NCBI GenBank assembly: GCA_000697335.1
Contig: JNEM01010206.1
Span: 1 to 39,029 of the forward strand
Source of the DNA: Conidiobolus incongruus B7586
Taxonomy: Eukaryota
Direction of reading: 5' to 3'
DNA length: 39,029 nt
The position numbers and the translations under genes were made by a program. Below, in pieces: positions 1 to 12,987 of the stretch. The notes beneath the pieces are model-generated. The model saw only the letters and a list, made by a program, of their open reading frames with translations, was not told where the DNA came from and did no database searches. Each line of letters starts with the position of its first letter. Position 1 is the stretch's first letter.

Positions 1-1946
1 ATTAAAAATATATAATTTCCTATCAACTTTGTATATATTTATTCATTTCAAACTAATAATATATTTGAAAAATCAGAAATTAAAAAATTTCTCATTATTT
101 CAAATTCAAGGTAATATATAATTTCTATATCAATAATATAAATTTTGATAAATCATAGTATATACTTATTTTGAATTTAAATTTTTCATTAAAAATTACC
201 TTAGCATAGTTATAAACTAAATTATTCAGTTGTTTATTTGTCAATTTAGGTTGAGCTTTCTCTTTATTTTGAGTTAAAAGCTTAGATATATTGTTTCAGG
301 AGTGATTAATTTTGCTATTATTCATGTTTAATTAGTATCAAGATATTATTTTATATTGACACTCAACAACATGTGTATATTTAATGAGTATTATATATAA
401 CTAAGAAAAATAATTATATTAATTTTCAGATCAACAATAGTGATAAATTATATTATTTTGAAAGTTAAAATAATTATAGAAAATTTATATATTAAAATTT
501 TTATTTAACTATAGAAATTTTAGTTAAAGCTTAAAATATTGTTATATTTATTGATTCGATGATCAATTAATAGTATATTCAAATATTTATAATGAAAATA
601 CCATGACTATGATTTAAGGTTTCTTAAAAATATATTTAAATAGCTTAATTTTTAAATAAATTATATTATCAAATATGTAGCTATATATATAATTTATTAA
701 CCAATTTCTTTGATTGTCAAAACTATATAAAAATATTACAAAAATATTTTTGATTTCTCAAGTAAATTATATCAATACCTCATAGAATTTTTTTATAATA
801 TTCTTATAATTGATCTAAATATAATATCATTCTAAAATTAACATTAATGTTTTTATACTAATTAAGTATTTATTTTTCAAGTTTTATAAGAGGAACTAGA
901 AATAACTTTGGTATAGAGCTAATATATTGCCTAAGGATGACTATCTAAAATAATATTTTTATATAGTCTTTCTTGGTAATTATCAAATATATTATTATAA
1001 TTAATGAAAATATTAATAAATTAATATTATTGCTGAATTTATTATTCTACAGTAGTTAAATCTTAGTTAATTATGAGGTATTGAGTAGCTAATTCAAAAT
1101 ATGTATTATTTTAAATTATTTTAATTAGTTATTATTGATTTTATCATATTTATAATTAAATATTAAAAATCAAATTTATATTGTCATTTATTAAATTCAT
1201 TTATAAAATAATAATAAATCTAGTGATTAAAAAAATTTTTAGCCTAAATTATATTTATTTAAAATAAGCATCAAGTATACTTAATAGCTGTAAACTCGAT
1301 TATCTATATATTTCAATTTTTTGTGATAAGTATTTTCAGTTATATTATCAATTATCACTCAAAATCTACATTTAATATAATAACATTAATAAAATTTGAA
1401 AATTTATAATTATATAATTTATTAACTGAATCACTTTAGTTAGTTGAATTTATTTAAACTTGTGATTAATTATAAAATCATATAAATTTATTAATTTTAT
1501 ATATTTTATAAAAGAAATATAATTCAATTACCTACAATAGCATCTGTTATAAATATTATATAACTTAAATATAGATTAATTTTGATGCAATATTATTATT
1601 AAATATTGAATATTATTTATTTAATTGAACAATATGCAAAATTTCAAATTTACTAATTGACGGAATTGATAATTTAATAAGAGTATATAAAGTAATAAAT
1701 TTGAAAAAAATATAACAATGAATTCAAATGATGATATTGAATATATTATAAAATATATTAACTTTTAAAGGTACCGGAATTGATAGTTGATATTAATTAA
1801 TGACTACCTATTAAATTATGAGCTATTATCCATGAAATGAGGGTAGATAATCATAATTGCAAGTATAAAAATTTGATTTAATATTAGGTTCATATTCGAT
1901 TATATTTTCAAGAAATTTGTTCAATAAACTCGAGCCACTGTTACAG

Positions 1947-1988
1947 CATTGGCTTTTGGAAATATAGGTTCGAATCCCGTAGATGTCG
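1947..1988 (+). pseudogene. tRNA-derived 3' fragment (tRNA-Ser-like variable arm, T arm and 3' acceptor strand); no 5' half
   Basis: CATTGGCTTTTGGAAATATAGGTTCGAATCCCGTAGATGTCG contains a B-box/T-loop (GGTTCGAATCC) and ends in GTCG like eukaryotic tRNA-Ser. The T stem is mismatched and no matching D arm or 5' acceptor strand is visible upstream. Confidence 0.4.
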
Positions 1989-3054
1989 TCAACATATATT
2001 TTCCAATATTTACTCACTTGCTATCTTGTACAATTCCACACTATCCAATAAAGAAGCCATATTATTAGAAATTAGATACAAATTATTTCAAATTAAAATT
2101 AAAATTAAAATATATATTCCTACTATACTTTTTAAAAAAGTTCTTATACCAATAAATTTTTAAATAATTGAAAATTCAAATAATACAGAATTTAATGTTT
2201 TTTAATAGAATATAGATTTCCACATTGATAATATATTATTTCATTCAATATATTTTGCTATTAAATTTCAAATTTATTAGGATAGTGGAGGCTCCGGATC
2301 GTGAGTCAGTAGGTTTTTTCCAATTCCTAAACTACTGTTAACTTTATTTTAAAATAAATATTAAAATTCATTTAATTTAAAAGATTGAAAAATCAAATTT
2401 TATTAAAAATTATATACTATATCGAATTTGAAAGTTAAATGCGAAAACTTATTATAGTAGCCAGAATAGAAATTGGTTAATTAATATCTTATCTCTATTA
2501 TTTAGTGATGATTATTCATTTTAATTATTATTTAGTATTCAGTATTGGAAAAAATATTTTTCTGGGGTAACTTGATTCTGATATATTAAGTTTTAACTGA
2601 TTGAATGTAATGAAAAGCAAAGTTATTAATCATTCAAGTGATTAATAATTCATTCTTATAGTGTTATACTTATCTAATAAAATTGATTATTCCAGATATA
2701 TCTATATAAATTAGTGGATAATATGAGGTTTTTATATATGATTAACCATCAAATTCTGTCAAATTTTTAATGACCTGTTTTGATATTTATGCAAAATTTA
2801 ATTTAAACCCAAGTGACTTAATTTTAGTTGCACCAATCATATTTAAATCCCCGAGAATATTATTTTCGTTTTGGAGTGAAGTCATCAAATATTAGATATA
2901 TAATTGCTTTACTTCTGTATCATTATCTCTTAGTATTTTATTATTTTTCGCTATCAAGGAAAGTAAAGTACAAAGTAATTATTATTTAAACTTATCTTCA
3001 ATATTGATTTATATTGTTTTATATTGATTAAACTATCATATTTTTATATCACTA

Positions 3055-3492
3055 ATGTTACAATCAGATCAAGAATCTATACCTAGAATGACTACAACTT
3101 GGAAGTGGCTTTTCAATCCAATCCACTTTTCCGAAGCTACCAGATTTGTTCTCGACACTATAAAACATAGAAGAAGAGTGGTTATCAGCTCTATAAAATG
3201 GGCTTTTAAAGCGACGCTGACATTCCTATTCCTAATATGCTTTATCTCTTACAGATTATTATATTATTCTTCAAAAATGGCACTCCAAGCTGCAACCTTC
3301 TTATACAGCCAAGTATCCTACTATCTCACCTGGTCCTATTTGAATTCCACTTTCAAAAGTCTCGCTTCTGTTATTATATTCGTAATACACATCATTTTGT
3401 CCCTTCTTTTAAATATGATTTGCATGATTATTCTTTTGCTCCGTCTTTTCGTCTATATAATCGATTATTATGCCGTATTTGAATTGGAATAA
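3055..3492 (+). CDS. hypothetical hydrophobic/membrane protein (145 aa)
   Basis: ATG-initiated ORF with higher GC than its flanks and two long hydrophobic stretches. No family recognised. The 3' end is uncertain because GC-richer sequence continues to about 3600. Confidence 0.45.
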   Translation: MLQSDQESIPRMTTTWKWLFNPIHFSEATRFVLDTIKHRRRVVISSIKWAFKATLTFLFLICFISYRLLYYSSKMALQAATFLYSQVSYYLTWSYLNSTFKSLASVIIFVIHIILSLLLNMICMIILLLRLFVYIIDYYAVFELE

Positions 3493-4066
3493 TTTCAAGA
3501 GAGTAGCTCGTACTTTTCAAATCTGTATAGCTATGGTATCCCGTTTGAATCCATTCAAATTCTGCTCAAGGATCGGGGCCCGGAATTGACTTTATGCCTC
3601 TAATTTTCCTCATTATTCATTGTAATTTTAATCATTTTTTATATTGCATTTGAATAAAAATTTAATCAAATTTATAATTAAAATAGTTAGATTTCATTTA
3701 ATATAAAAAAAATAATATAAATTGGATTAACATAGTGATATGAATTAAAATATTATAGCTATTAATTATACTTCATAATAGTGTACAAATCCAGCATCTT
3801 GTTAAATAAAATTTCTAAGTTTGAATTCACTGCTCAAATATTAATGCTTGAATTCAACTGAATTAATTTGTGTTTGAGGATAACTGAATATATTATCTTA
3901 TGTTTAATATTGATTAATGAACTTGAAAAAGTTTGTTAACTACTCTCAATAGGTGAGATATAAAGAAATCTTTATATCATAGCCTTGTCTTTAAAATATA
4001 ATTGATAGTTCTCTTTTTAATGCCTTCTTATAATAGTCAACTATCAATTCTTTTGCCTTATAAATA

Positions 4067-5374
4067 TTACTATAGAATTGAAGAAATGGGAAATTTTTTA
4101 ATTTCTGATTTTTCAAACATATTATTAGTTTCAAATAAACAAATATATACAAAACAAATAAGAAAATAAATAGTTTTGAATTATATATATATAATAATTT
4201 TTTTTATAAAAAAATTAATTTTTTAAAATTAGTTATTTAATTTAATTATACTTAAACTAAATAGTAACCATCAAAAGTTTTTTATTTTAGTATTAGTAAA
4301 ACTTAACCACAAACACTTTAAAATTATTTAAAATTTACAAACAGCTTTTGGTAATAGAATATTATTTAAATTAACAATTTATTGCTAGGTAAATTATTTT
4401 AAAGCTAGGAAAAAAACTACCTAAAACCTATTAAAATCTAAAAGATTAATTTTAACTATTATTTTTTTAATTGTTAATAAAATAAAAAATTATATTGAAA
4501 AGCACTTTTTTATTTTAATTAAAAAACTATTAAAACATTTTAATATTAGTTACATAAGTATTTTATATATATTAAAGTTTAAATTAAAATTAATTAATAA
4601 AAATATAAAATAGATACTTTATAATTTAACTAAAACTTAAAAAAAACTAGAGTAGCTATTATTAAACAAAACTTACTAAGGTATAACTAGAAACTAAAGC
4701 TTTTATAATAAATTATTATAATTAATAAATCTTAAATTTTTTTGTATAATCTTTTATTAAAATATAAATTAAAATGTTAAATTAAGTTAAATCAACCCTT
4801 TTTATAAATTCCTTTAAATAAACACTTTATTAATAAGTGAATATTAATTGTAATAATAGATTATAATAACATATGCTATTTTTATTTAGTTCTTAAAAGA
4901 AAATTTATTAATAGTAAACTTTATATTTTTTTTTAAATAAAACTATTTTTAATTGGTATTTTTAATATAATTTAAAAAAACCTATTATTTTGTATAATAA
5001 TTATAAAATACATAAATCTAAAGTTATAAAAAACTTTCTAATTAAAAATAACTAGAAAAAACTACTACATCTAGTATATTCTTTAGATTATAACCTATAT
5101 AACTATAATTGTTTTAGGCAATTAAAGAACTTGTTTATAGGAAAGAAAATTTCTACAGGAAAATTTAATTGGTTTATAAAATATTAAATTTTAGTCTTTA
5201 ATAAAAAGAATTATTTTTTAGGTGTTAGATCTTTGTTAAAAGTATAGCAAAAAGTTATTAGAAATAAAAGAAATTATTAATTTTATATTATATATTTATT
5301 TTTACTTTTTATATATTAAAATCTTTATTTTTTTTCAATCACAAAAAATTCCCATTATTTAAATTACAAAGTAA
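4067..5374 (+). mobile_element. mariner (DD34D) DNA transposon, copy 1, heavily hypermutated and non-autonomous
   Basis: Flanked by TA at 4065-66 and 5375-76. Imperfect TIRs of about 32 bp (TTACTATAGAATTGAAGAAATGGGAAATTTTT versus reverse complement of the end, TTACTTTGTAATTTAAATAATGGGAATTTTTT). Colinear with 27815-29132. Start codon is ATA, with many stops and two 1-nt deletions in homopolymers. Confidence 0.93.
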
Positions 5375-6156
5375 TAATATTTCAAATAACTATCACAATA
5401 AATCTAAAATTATTAATTATCTTATAATTGTTATTTGTAAAATTAACTGATTATTTAAAATTTTCTTAAATAATATAAGGAAGTCCTAAAATTATCAAAG
5501 GTAGAAAATGCATTTGTATAAAATTTTTAACTTCAACTATTTTGATAATATATTTTAAAATAAATTCATTATTAGCTAAATTCATAGAATTATTATAAAA
5601 TTTGATTAATATTTTATAGTAGATTCCTTGTAATACTTCTGTAAGATAATTCATTTGAATTGGATTAATATTTAAAATTTTCAAAAATCGAAATTACATA
5701 ACTCTATATAATAAATTTTATATAACTACTATCCAAAATCATATTCCAGTAACTTGAAATTACCACAATCACTATAGGAGTAATCATCACAACTGAATAG
5801 TTTGATAGAAAAAGAGATTTTTAATAAAATAATTTACCAAAAAAGATACGTTAATATACATTGATATTGGAGAATGGTAAAGGGTTATATTATTTGAGAC
5901 TACTGAAAAAATTCTTTTATTAACTCCATATCATATATTTCCTCTATTTTTTATCTTTTTAGGAATAGATATGATGAAGATGAAAGTCAAATTTAATTAT
6001 ATATAGTCGCATTAATGCATGATTTAGGGATAAATTCCAAAACGATTTTCAATTTTATGGCAGCAAATTAAATATTTAAAACAATCTAAAGGATTGTACA
6101 ATTAATAAACTAAAATCAGAATTAGAAATATAGTAATAAATTATAATATTTTTTAT

Positions 6157-6579
6157 TCATTGAATAGGATTCAATCCAAAGGAGTTGCCACCAGTTACTG
6201 GGTTGGGGTTGCTATCAAATGATGTATGTGAATCATCGTCACCATTACCAACAAAAAATGGAATAAAATTGCTAAAGAAGCCACTAATTTCACCCAATGT
6301 TTGCATAAAAACTGAAGGGTTCAAATAATTACGGAACGGTCCAATATTCTTAGGGCCAATACTAGGAATAAGAGGTGGTAATGGTTTCTGGGTTGGTCTT
6401 TCATTGCTTTGTGGCTGAAATGGGTGATTATTACTTGAATTTGGTGACGGAGTTTGGACCTGAACAGGAGCATGTGGTAGAGCTTGATCATCTCCTTGAG
6501 GATTGAAAATCCCAAATAGAGGGCTTGCAGCTAAGACAGATGCAAAATAAATATGAGCAATATTTTTGATAGAAACCAT
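6157..6579 (-). CDS. small secreted Pro/Asn/Gln-rich hypothetical protein (140 aa)
   Basis: Intronless ORF. The N-terminus MVSIKNIAHIYFASVLAASP resembles a signal peptide. TATATAAAA lies on the minus strand about 70 nt upstream. Confidence 0.7.
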   Translation of the reverse strand: MVSIKNIAHIYFASVLAASPLFGIFNPQGDDQALPHAPVQVQTPSPNSSNNHPFQPQSNERPTQKPLPPLIPSIGPKNIGPFRNYLNPSVFMQTLGEISGFFSNFIPFFVGNGDDDSHTSFDSNPNPVTGGNSFGLNPIQ

Positions 6580-7839
6580 TTTCTAAACTCAAATATGAAT
6601 GGTAATGTTAAGATATACAATTTGTTGGTTTAAATAGATTTCATGACTGCTTTTATATATACAAATTATTAATTAAAAAACAAACAGCCGATATGATATT
6701 TTTATGCCCTTTAATAAACCTTGACAATCAATAATTAATTCATCTTCCGATATTTATAATTTGGTATTTTTTAATAACTAAAATCATAAGCACTTTTAAC
6801 GATCAATGAAATATATAGTACCATATCACAGTGTTAATTTGATCTTTAAGACAATGATAGACTAAAAAATTCACATGTGCATTCATTTCATTTAATATTT
6901 TATCATATATTAGAAAATAACAGATAAGTCACTATTTTCAACTCAATATTGAAAATATTGTGGTAATTTGTAAATTTGATAGATTACAAAAAATAATCTT
7001 ATAACCTCTTGCTTTATGCTTAATAATTTTACCTAGTTGTAATGATTCTATCATAAACATTTAATTATGATAATGATAATATTAACAACTCTATTCCACT
7101 CTAATCAATTTGAAAATATACTTTATGACAGAATGATATTAAAATATATTTTTTTGAATACTATTAATAATTATCTAATAAACAGATGCTAATAAAAATA
7201 ATTTAATAAATTTCAAGTAATTTGAAAACTGTCAAATTAAAAAAAGTTAGATAAAAATGTATAGGAATAAATTTCTTTTTTAAGTAATGATCATTTCACT
7301 TCCATAATAATTGCATGTATGTAGATTATATCCCTCTGATTATTACGATAATCGATGCATATTGTATTTAACTAATTTTGACTATATAAATTTTGAAATA
7401 TATTGTCATTGTTAAAGATATAACCTGACAGTATAGACGTATTTTGCTTTTTTTGATCTTCAATAGTTTCATACAGCATAGTATTCAGTTATTCAGTTAT
7501 TGAGCTCTTTTATTGACTTTGACAATATAGAAATATCATCAATGGTTGACAAAGGTGAGCGTTATTTCAATTACAATGTTAAATTAATTGCTAAAAATTT
7601 TCTAGCTTATGTATTAGACTTGTATTAATTATGTGCATTATATAATTTTCATTGATGTAATCAATAACTAGATATTTTTGGTATTCGATACCTATAATAT
7701 AAGTAAAAAATTTACTATATAGTTTATTTTTCAAGTTTTCAGTATAGATTTTCATCTCTAACTAAATAAACACTTATCAATTTTTGAATTGACTAAATAG
7801 GTTTTTCTGGCATATAATTCATAAATAAATGTTATATAT

Positions 7840-8173
7840 TGCAAGGCTTCTGGAAAGTAGTCTTGCGATAAAGATCACGTGAGCTCGATGAAACGGGCCA
7901 AAGAAGGCTAACTAGATACTTTAGAGGAGTTTTATTAAAATAGCAAGATCTAGGGCTTGGCCCTGATCGAAGTGATCCCCCAGCAAATATCTGTCCAGTG
8001 ACTATTTTATAGTGTGGTTGATCCTTGGCCAATGTGTTGAGGCTCCAGCTTCTGCTATAGTCTGGAATTTTCCATTGTGCAAGGGTTGTTCCTGATATTT
8101 GTGAGTGGATTACATCTGGAATCTTGACGGACGGTTAAAATTGAAAGGCGAGCGGACCTCCCGATCCGCGACA
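7840..8173 (-). mobile_element. solo LTR (334 bp), probably Ty3/gypsy-like
   Basis: GC-rich island bounded by TG...CA (minus strand starts TGTCGCG) and flanked by ATAT at 7836-39 and 8174-77. On the minus strand TATAAAA (8005-11) precedes AATAAA (7931-36). Same architecture as 35464-35799. Confidence 0.75.
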
Positions 8174-9097
8174 ATATTAAACTATTATTGTTATCAATAA
8201 CGTGATATGTAATACAAATTTTTCTATATCAATTAATATACATTTTTTAAGTTCTAAATTTAAATAAATGCCACTTAAATAATTAGTTCAGTGTATTTGA
8301 TATTACACTATGAATAATTCTTTGAAAAAGTATATATTATTGATATATCATTTAATTTTGTCCACTCATGAAAATTTTTCACTAATTTAATTGAGGTATT
8401 TGGATATTTGAAAGGTTTTTAATAATGAAATACTAACTCCAGGAATTTCAATTAGCTAAATATAGCAAAAGATAAAGATTTAAATAACAGTCATTATTTA
8501 TTATAATTATTATTAAAAGTTAATAAGTAGAGTATAAATAATTCGATTTCCATATAATACGCACAGTTAATATGAGTATTTAAAAGGATTATATAAGTAC
8601 AAAGATATACAATGATTCTCATTTCTTCAATTGATAAATATAGAATTTGTAGTGAAAAGAAAAGATAAACAAAATTGCAAGTTAGATAATTACACTATTT
8701 CATTAATGAAATCTGTCAAATTTAATTGTTTCGATTATAATACCTAGAAGTTTATTTATACCTCTATTATAAGGGTGAATGGGAAATATTCGTTTAATTG
8801 AAATAAAAAAATTTTACAATGAGATGTATGCTATAGAATACTAGCCAAGTGTACTTTAGGTTGTATTCTGAATAACAAATAATTATACATTTAAATTATT
8901 TGATCCAGATAAAAATAAATCTACTTTATAATTAAATAATATATATTCAATATATTCGTGTTATTGATATACTTTAATATTGAATTGAAACAATTTAATT
9001 CAAATGAAATATTCAGTCTATTAAGTTAAATAATTATAATTATAGGAGATTGGCTAATAAAAATATTATATTTCATAGATATAAATTAAATATTGCA

Positions 9098-9122
9098 AAT
9101 ATATATATATATATATATATAT
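9098..9122. repeat. (AT)n microsatellite
   Basis: Perfect AT dinucleotide run. Confidence 0.8.
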
Positions 9123-10091
9123 TATAAATTTCAATCAAAATTTAACTCAACAAACGATCAAATAATGAAAAATTAAATCATAACCAATTCTATAATTACA
9201 ACATAATAACTGTTTATGACGTAATGATTTATATATAAAAACTAATTTAATATATTTTTTCTATAATTTTATATATTTAATATTGATATTTTCATTCCAA
9301 AAAATTAAAATTATTTTTATTGGTTATTATTCTTAATATTAATTTAATATTAAAATTACCAATATAATAATAGTAAATTCATTGATATTAATATTATTTA
9401 TAAAATAATAGTCATTTAAATTTATTTTAAGAATATTAAAGACATTATATACTCAAAAATTTAAAAATTTATCAATATTGTTATTCTAAATTAATTTTCA
9501 GTTAATATTAATTAATACTAGATGAAAATATATTTAAATGGATTATAACCTTAAAAATAGAATATAATTTTCAATATTGGTTGAATAACAAAGGTATTAC
9601 CAATGATATTTAATTGAATATAATTATCTTTTATTACAAAATCACTTATTAAAGTGTACTATTTTAATCTCGGCATTAAATTTTTATATCTTTTTCTTTT
9701 ACTTTATACCTATTAAATGCTATTGTAATATTTCGGATGAAACCATCATTAACACCTATATTTTCTATAAATATATATCAGCTATTTACATATTAATATA
9801 TTTTTTCAAAGTTATTAATGTTTAATATTGTTAAATATTTAATAATTCATTTTTATAGTTAAAATTAATATATTATTAAACAAAGATAAAATGATTTGAT
9901 TTTAAATTAAATAAAAATAAGACTAATTTTTAATAAAAAAGAATAGATATCATTATCAACTTAATAATAATAATAAAGTAGAAATATTAATAGTAGATGA
10001 TTAAGAACAACAGATGATTATTTAATTTTTTGCTATTCGATAATGATATATATATACGCATGCTGAATTGAGATGGTGAAATCAGCCAGTC

Positions 10092-11252
10092 TTAAATGGC
10101 TAAATAATGTGTGAATTTTTCGCTATCCTTATGCACTAACATTTCATTGCGCTTGTATTCGTTCAGTTCGCGTTTGATGTCTAAAGTATTGAGCATGTTT
10201 TGTTCTAAGTCGACTCCCATCCTGCGGTCATACTCTTCGTCACAGTAGGTTTCAAATATGACTACAAATTCGTTAAATCTGAAATGCTTCCCGTTAGTAT
10301 ACTTTTTGGAGCGTCCAACTTTGCTTAGTGTTCTAGTCTTAGATTTTCTCTTCTCTTTCTTGGGTGTAGTGTCATCCATTGAGGGTGTAGTTGGTCTTGT
10401 CTTGAGGATGCCCTTGCGAGGTGCATCTTGTGCTTCCATGGACACAATTTTACCCTTTTCATCCACCATGTACAGGCTCCTCGCATTGCCTACTGGTGGT
10501 ATCGAGTGAGATTTTGGACGTTGCTTATCCTCATCAGTATCTGTTTCACCTGAACCGGATGTAGCAGAGCAGATGGAGCCCTTACGTCCCCTCTGCCTAG
10601 GAATTTGGTCAATCCTCGAATCTTCAGAACTCTCCAACATCATTTCACCAGCTTTATTCTGATAATTGATGACTTCTTGAACCATAGAAGGAGACACAGA
10701 AAGCAAAGAGCTTTCATTCAGTGGGAGAGCGGGATCCGAAGAATCCATTTCATCCAATTTCCCAGCTTCTCTATCAAGATTTTCAAGAGTTGAAAGTGTA
10801 TTAAACTGGTCTTTCCACACAAATTTTAAAAATTTTAAAAACTTTCCCATTGGAGTGCTTGACTTCCTTGACAAACTCTTGCTCTCGAGCTTTTTATTTT
10901 TAAAATCTTCCAGAGATTGCTCGGTAGTCGCAGGATTACCGAGAGAGTACCTTCTATCGAATTTGGTCCCAGTCGGTATAATAGGTGAGATAGGCTCAGA
11001 TGGCATGGATTCTGATTTATGGATAGGTTCACCATTTAATTCTGGAACGGGTTCTTTTACGAGCGGCTTGTCAGAATCGACGATTTTAGGAAGCTGAATC
11101 TGGTTCTGCAGATCGATTTCGCCATGATCAAACAACTGTGTTGCCATTGAGAATCGCTTTCTTCTCTTTTCGAGCTCTTCGCTCGATTTAGGCCCTTCAG
11201 TTTTATATATTTTTCCAAAATTATCACTTCTAGCATCCAATAGTAGTGTCAT
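10092..11252 (-). CDS. PP1 regulatory/targeting protein, Bni4/Phactr/neurabin-type C-terminal domain (386 aa)
   Basis: Low-complexity N-terminus. GILK (SILK-type) motif and RVxF-like KHFRF, followed by ETYxxEEYDRR and IKRELNEYKRNEMLVHKDSEKFTHY, which match the Bni4/Phactr PP1-binding C-terminus. Confidence 0.8.
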   Translation of the reverse strand: MTLLLDARSDNFGKIYKTEGPKSSEELEKRRKRFSMATQLFDHGEIDLQNQIQLPKIVDSDKPLVKEPVPELNGEPIHKSESMPSEPISPIIPTGTKFDRRYSLGNPATTEQSLEDFKNKKLESKSLSRKSSTPMGKFLKFLKFVWKDQFNTLSTLENLDREAGKLDEMDSSDPALPLNESSLLSVSPSMVQEVINYQNKAGEMMLESSEDSRIDQIPRQRGRKGSICSATSGSGETDTDEDKQRPKSHSIPPVGNARSLYMVDEKGKIVSMEAQDAPRKGILKTRPTTPSMDDTTPKKEKRKSKTRTLSKVGRSKKYTNGKHFRFNEFVVIFETYCDEEYDRRMGVDLEQNMLNTLDIKRELNEYKRNEMLVHKDSEKFTHYLAI

Positions 11253-11640
11253 CTTTGCAATATTATCAATGATTAAACTATAGGATGAATTTGTTTATAA
11301 TGGATTAATAATTTTTTATATATCAATTTATCCTCCTCCAAAATTAAACTATGAATAGAATTTGAATATCGAAAATGCTCAGTATATAAAAATATATATG
11401 AGGTAAAATATAAAAAAATTAGGTATAACAGAGAAAAAAAATTATTAAAAATATTTTAGAAACTATGAAATATTTAAATAATGCCACCTATTTTGGATGA
11501 ACATACAAAGAATACAATTGCAAACTTGACTATTTGTATCAATTTCACCAATTCATCCAATTCAATTTGAAACCTTATTTTTTAGGTTAATTTTAATCTC
11601 TTTAATCCTCTCTTACTTAGTTCAATTCATTCAGTTTAAA

Positions 11641-11786
11641 ATTGGTTTGGTTAGTCAGCTACTATTGGATAATTCTTAGTCAGCTGAGTATTTAGTCTAC
11701 TTAGGTTCGATTCATAGAATTATTTATTTGTTAGCTTGATATCAAGATGCGAATGATACATCTGTACATTATTACGGTTTGATTGG
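11641..11786 (-). promoter_or_regulatory. candidate promoter module of the Bni4-like gene: two TTAGTCAGCT repeats (AP-1-like TGACTAA) interleaved with CCAAT boxes
   Basis: TTAGTCAGCT at 11651-60 and 11676-85; ATTGG at 11641, 11664 and 11782; about 400-530 bp upstream of the ATG. Confidence 0.35.
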
Positions 11787-12987
11787 CTCATATAGAAAAG
11801 GTCGTAAATATGTTTAAGACATAATTGCTGTCTAATCTGGGGTATAATATTACCAGAAAAATCAAGAAAATCTCATAATACTCCCAAGGTCTATCAAGTT
11901 TATTATTTAATTCAATTCAATTTTCAAAGATTAGTAATAATAGACAAATTTTCATTATATTTATGTAAATGAATAAAGCATTTCTTTGATATGCTATGTA
12001 AATGTTTGATTAGTAGATTATATTGTTAATGATCATCTTTTCATAATATTTATCGATAAAAATAGTCAAAATATTTTATATATTTATTGATTTAATACAA
12101 ATGTCAAGATAATTAAGTTGCTAGTTTTAAAACGGATAATATAAAATTTTATCTAAGGTTTTGAGATGATATCAACTCTACGTAACATATTGATCAATTA
12201 TTATATAATTTTAGTAGATTAATTGATTTGAAAAATGGTCATAACTAATTAAATTTTTAAATAGATAATTTATTTATTTACAGTATAGTTTTTGAATTTA
12301 CAAATGATTAAACAATTTGATTAAGTTATTTGTACAATCCCAGAATATTTTCCAATTATATTGTATTTTCTTTAATTTTGAAATTTGTTTTGTTTAAAAT
12401 ATTTCATTAACAAAGAATATATTAATGTTAACTTTATTTTATGATCAGTTGCTATTATTATGTTTATAAAAATTTTATGTACCCATTAATTCAATTCCTA
12501 ATACATTAGAATAAGCTATTAATGTTCGATACATTCAGTTCATTTTTAATAAACATTGTATTTATTTTAAATTAATATTTGTTCAAATTATTCAATATCA
12601 TTTATAGGTACTGATAAATTAGATTTATTTCATGAAGAATATAATAAGCAATTAACTTCAAAATTATATAATTTGTAATATTACTATGATCAACTTTTTA
12701 CAATGGTAATCATAATATTTGTTGTGTATTTCATATTTTATGACAGATTATTTCATACTATTTTAATATTTATCTTTTATATTATTAATTGTAATTTAAA
12801 GATACTATTTTTTAGTATATATTATATTTATCCAAATGAAAACAATTTAATAATGTACACATTGATTAAAAAAATTAAATATTGGAATTTTCAATCCCAT
12901 AATTTGAAATTAATGATTTAAAGGCATAAATTTTCAAAATTCCAAATCCTGAATCTAAAAATAAAAGATATATTGAATAAGTGTATA

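Noticed and set aside
1..1800. Very AT-rich tract as an old hypermutated repeat
   Set aside because: No second copy, termini or protein motifs are visible in this window.
7832..8032. 66-aa minus-strand ORF
   Set aside because: Lies inside the solo LTR, has a non-ATG start and shows no recognisable motif.
10258..11097. Several short overlapping ORFs
   Set aside because: Shadow frames of the Bni4-like gene. The same applies to small ORFs inside CBP80, FCP1 and ATP5.
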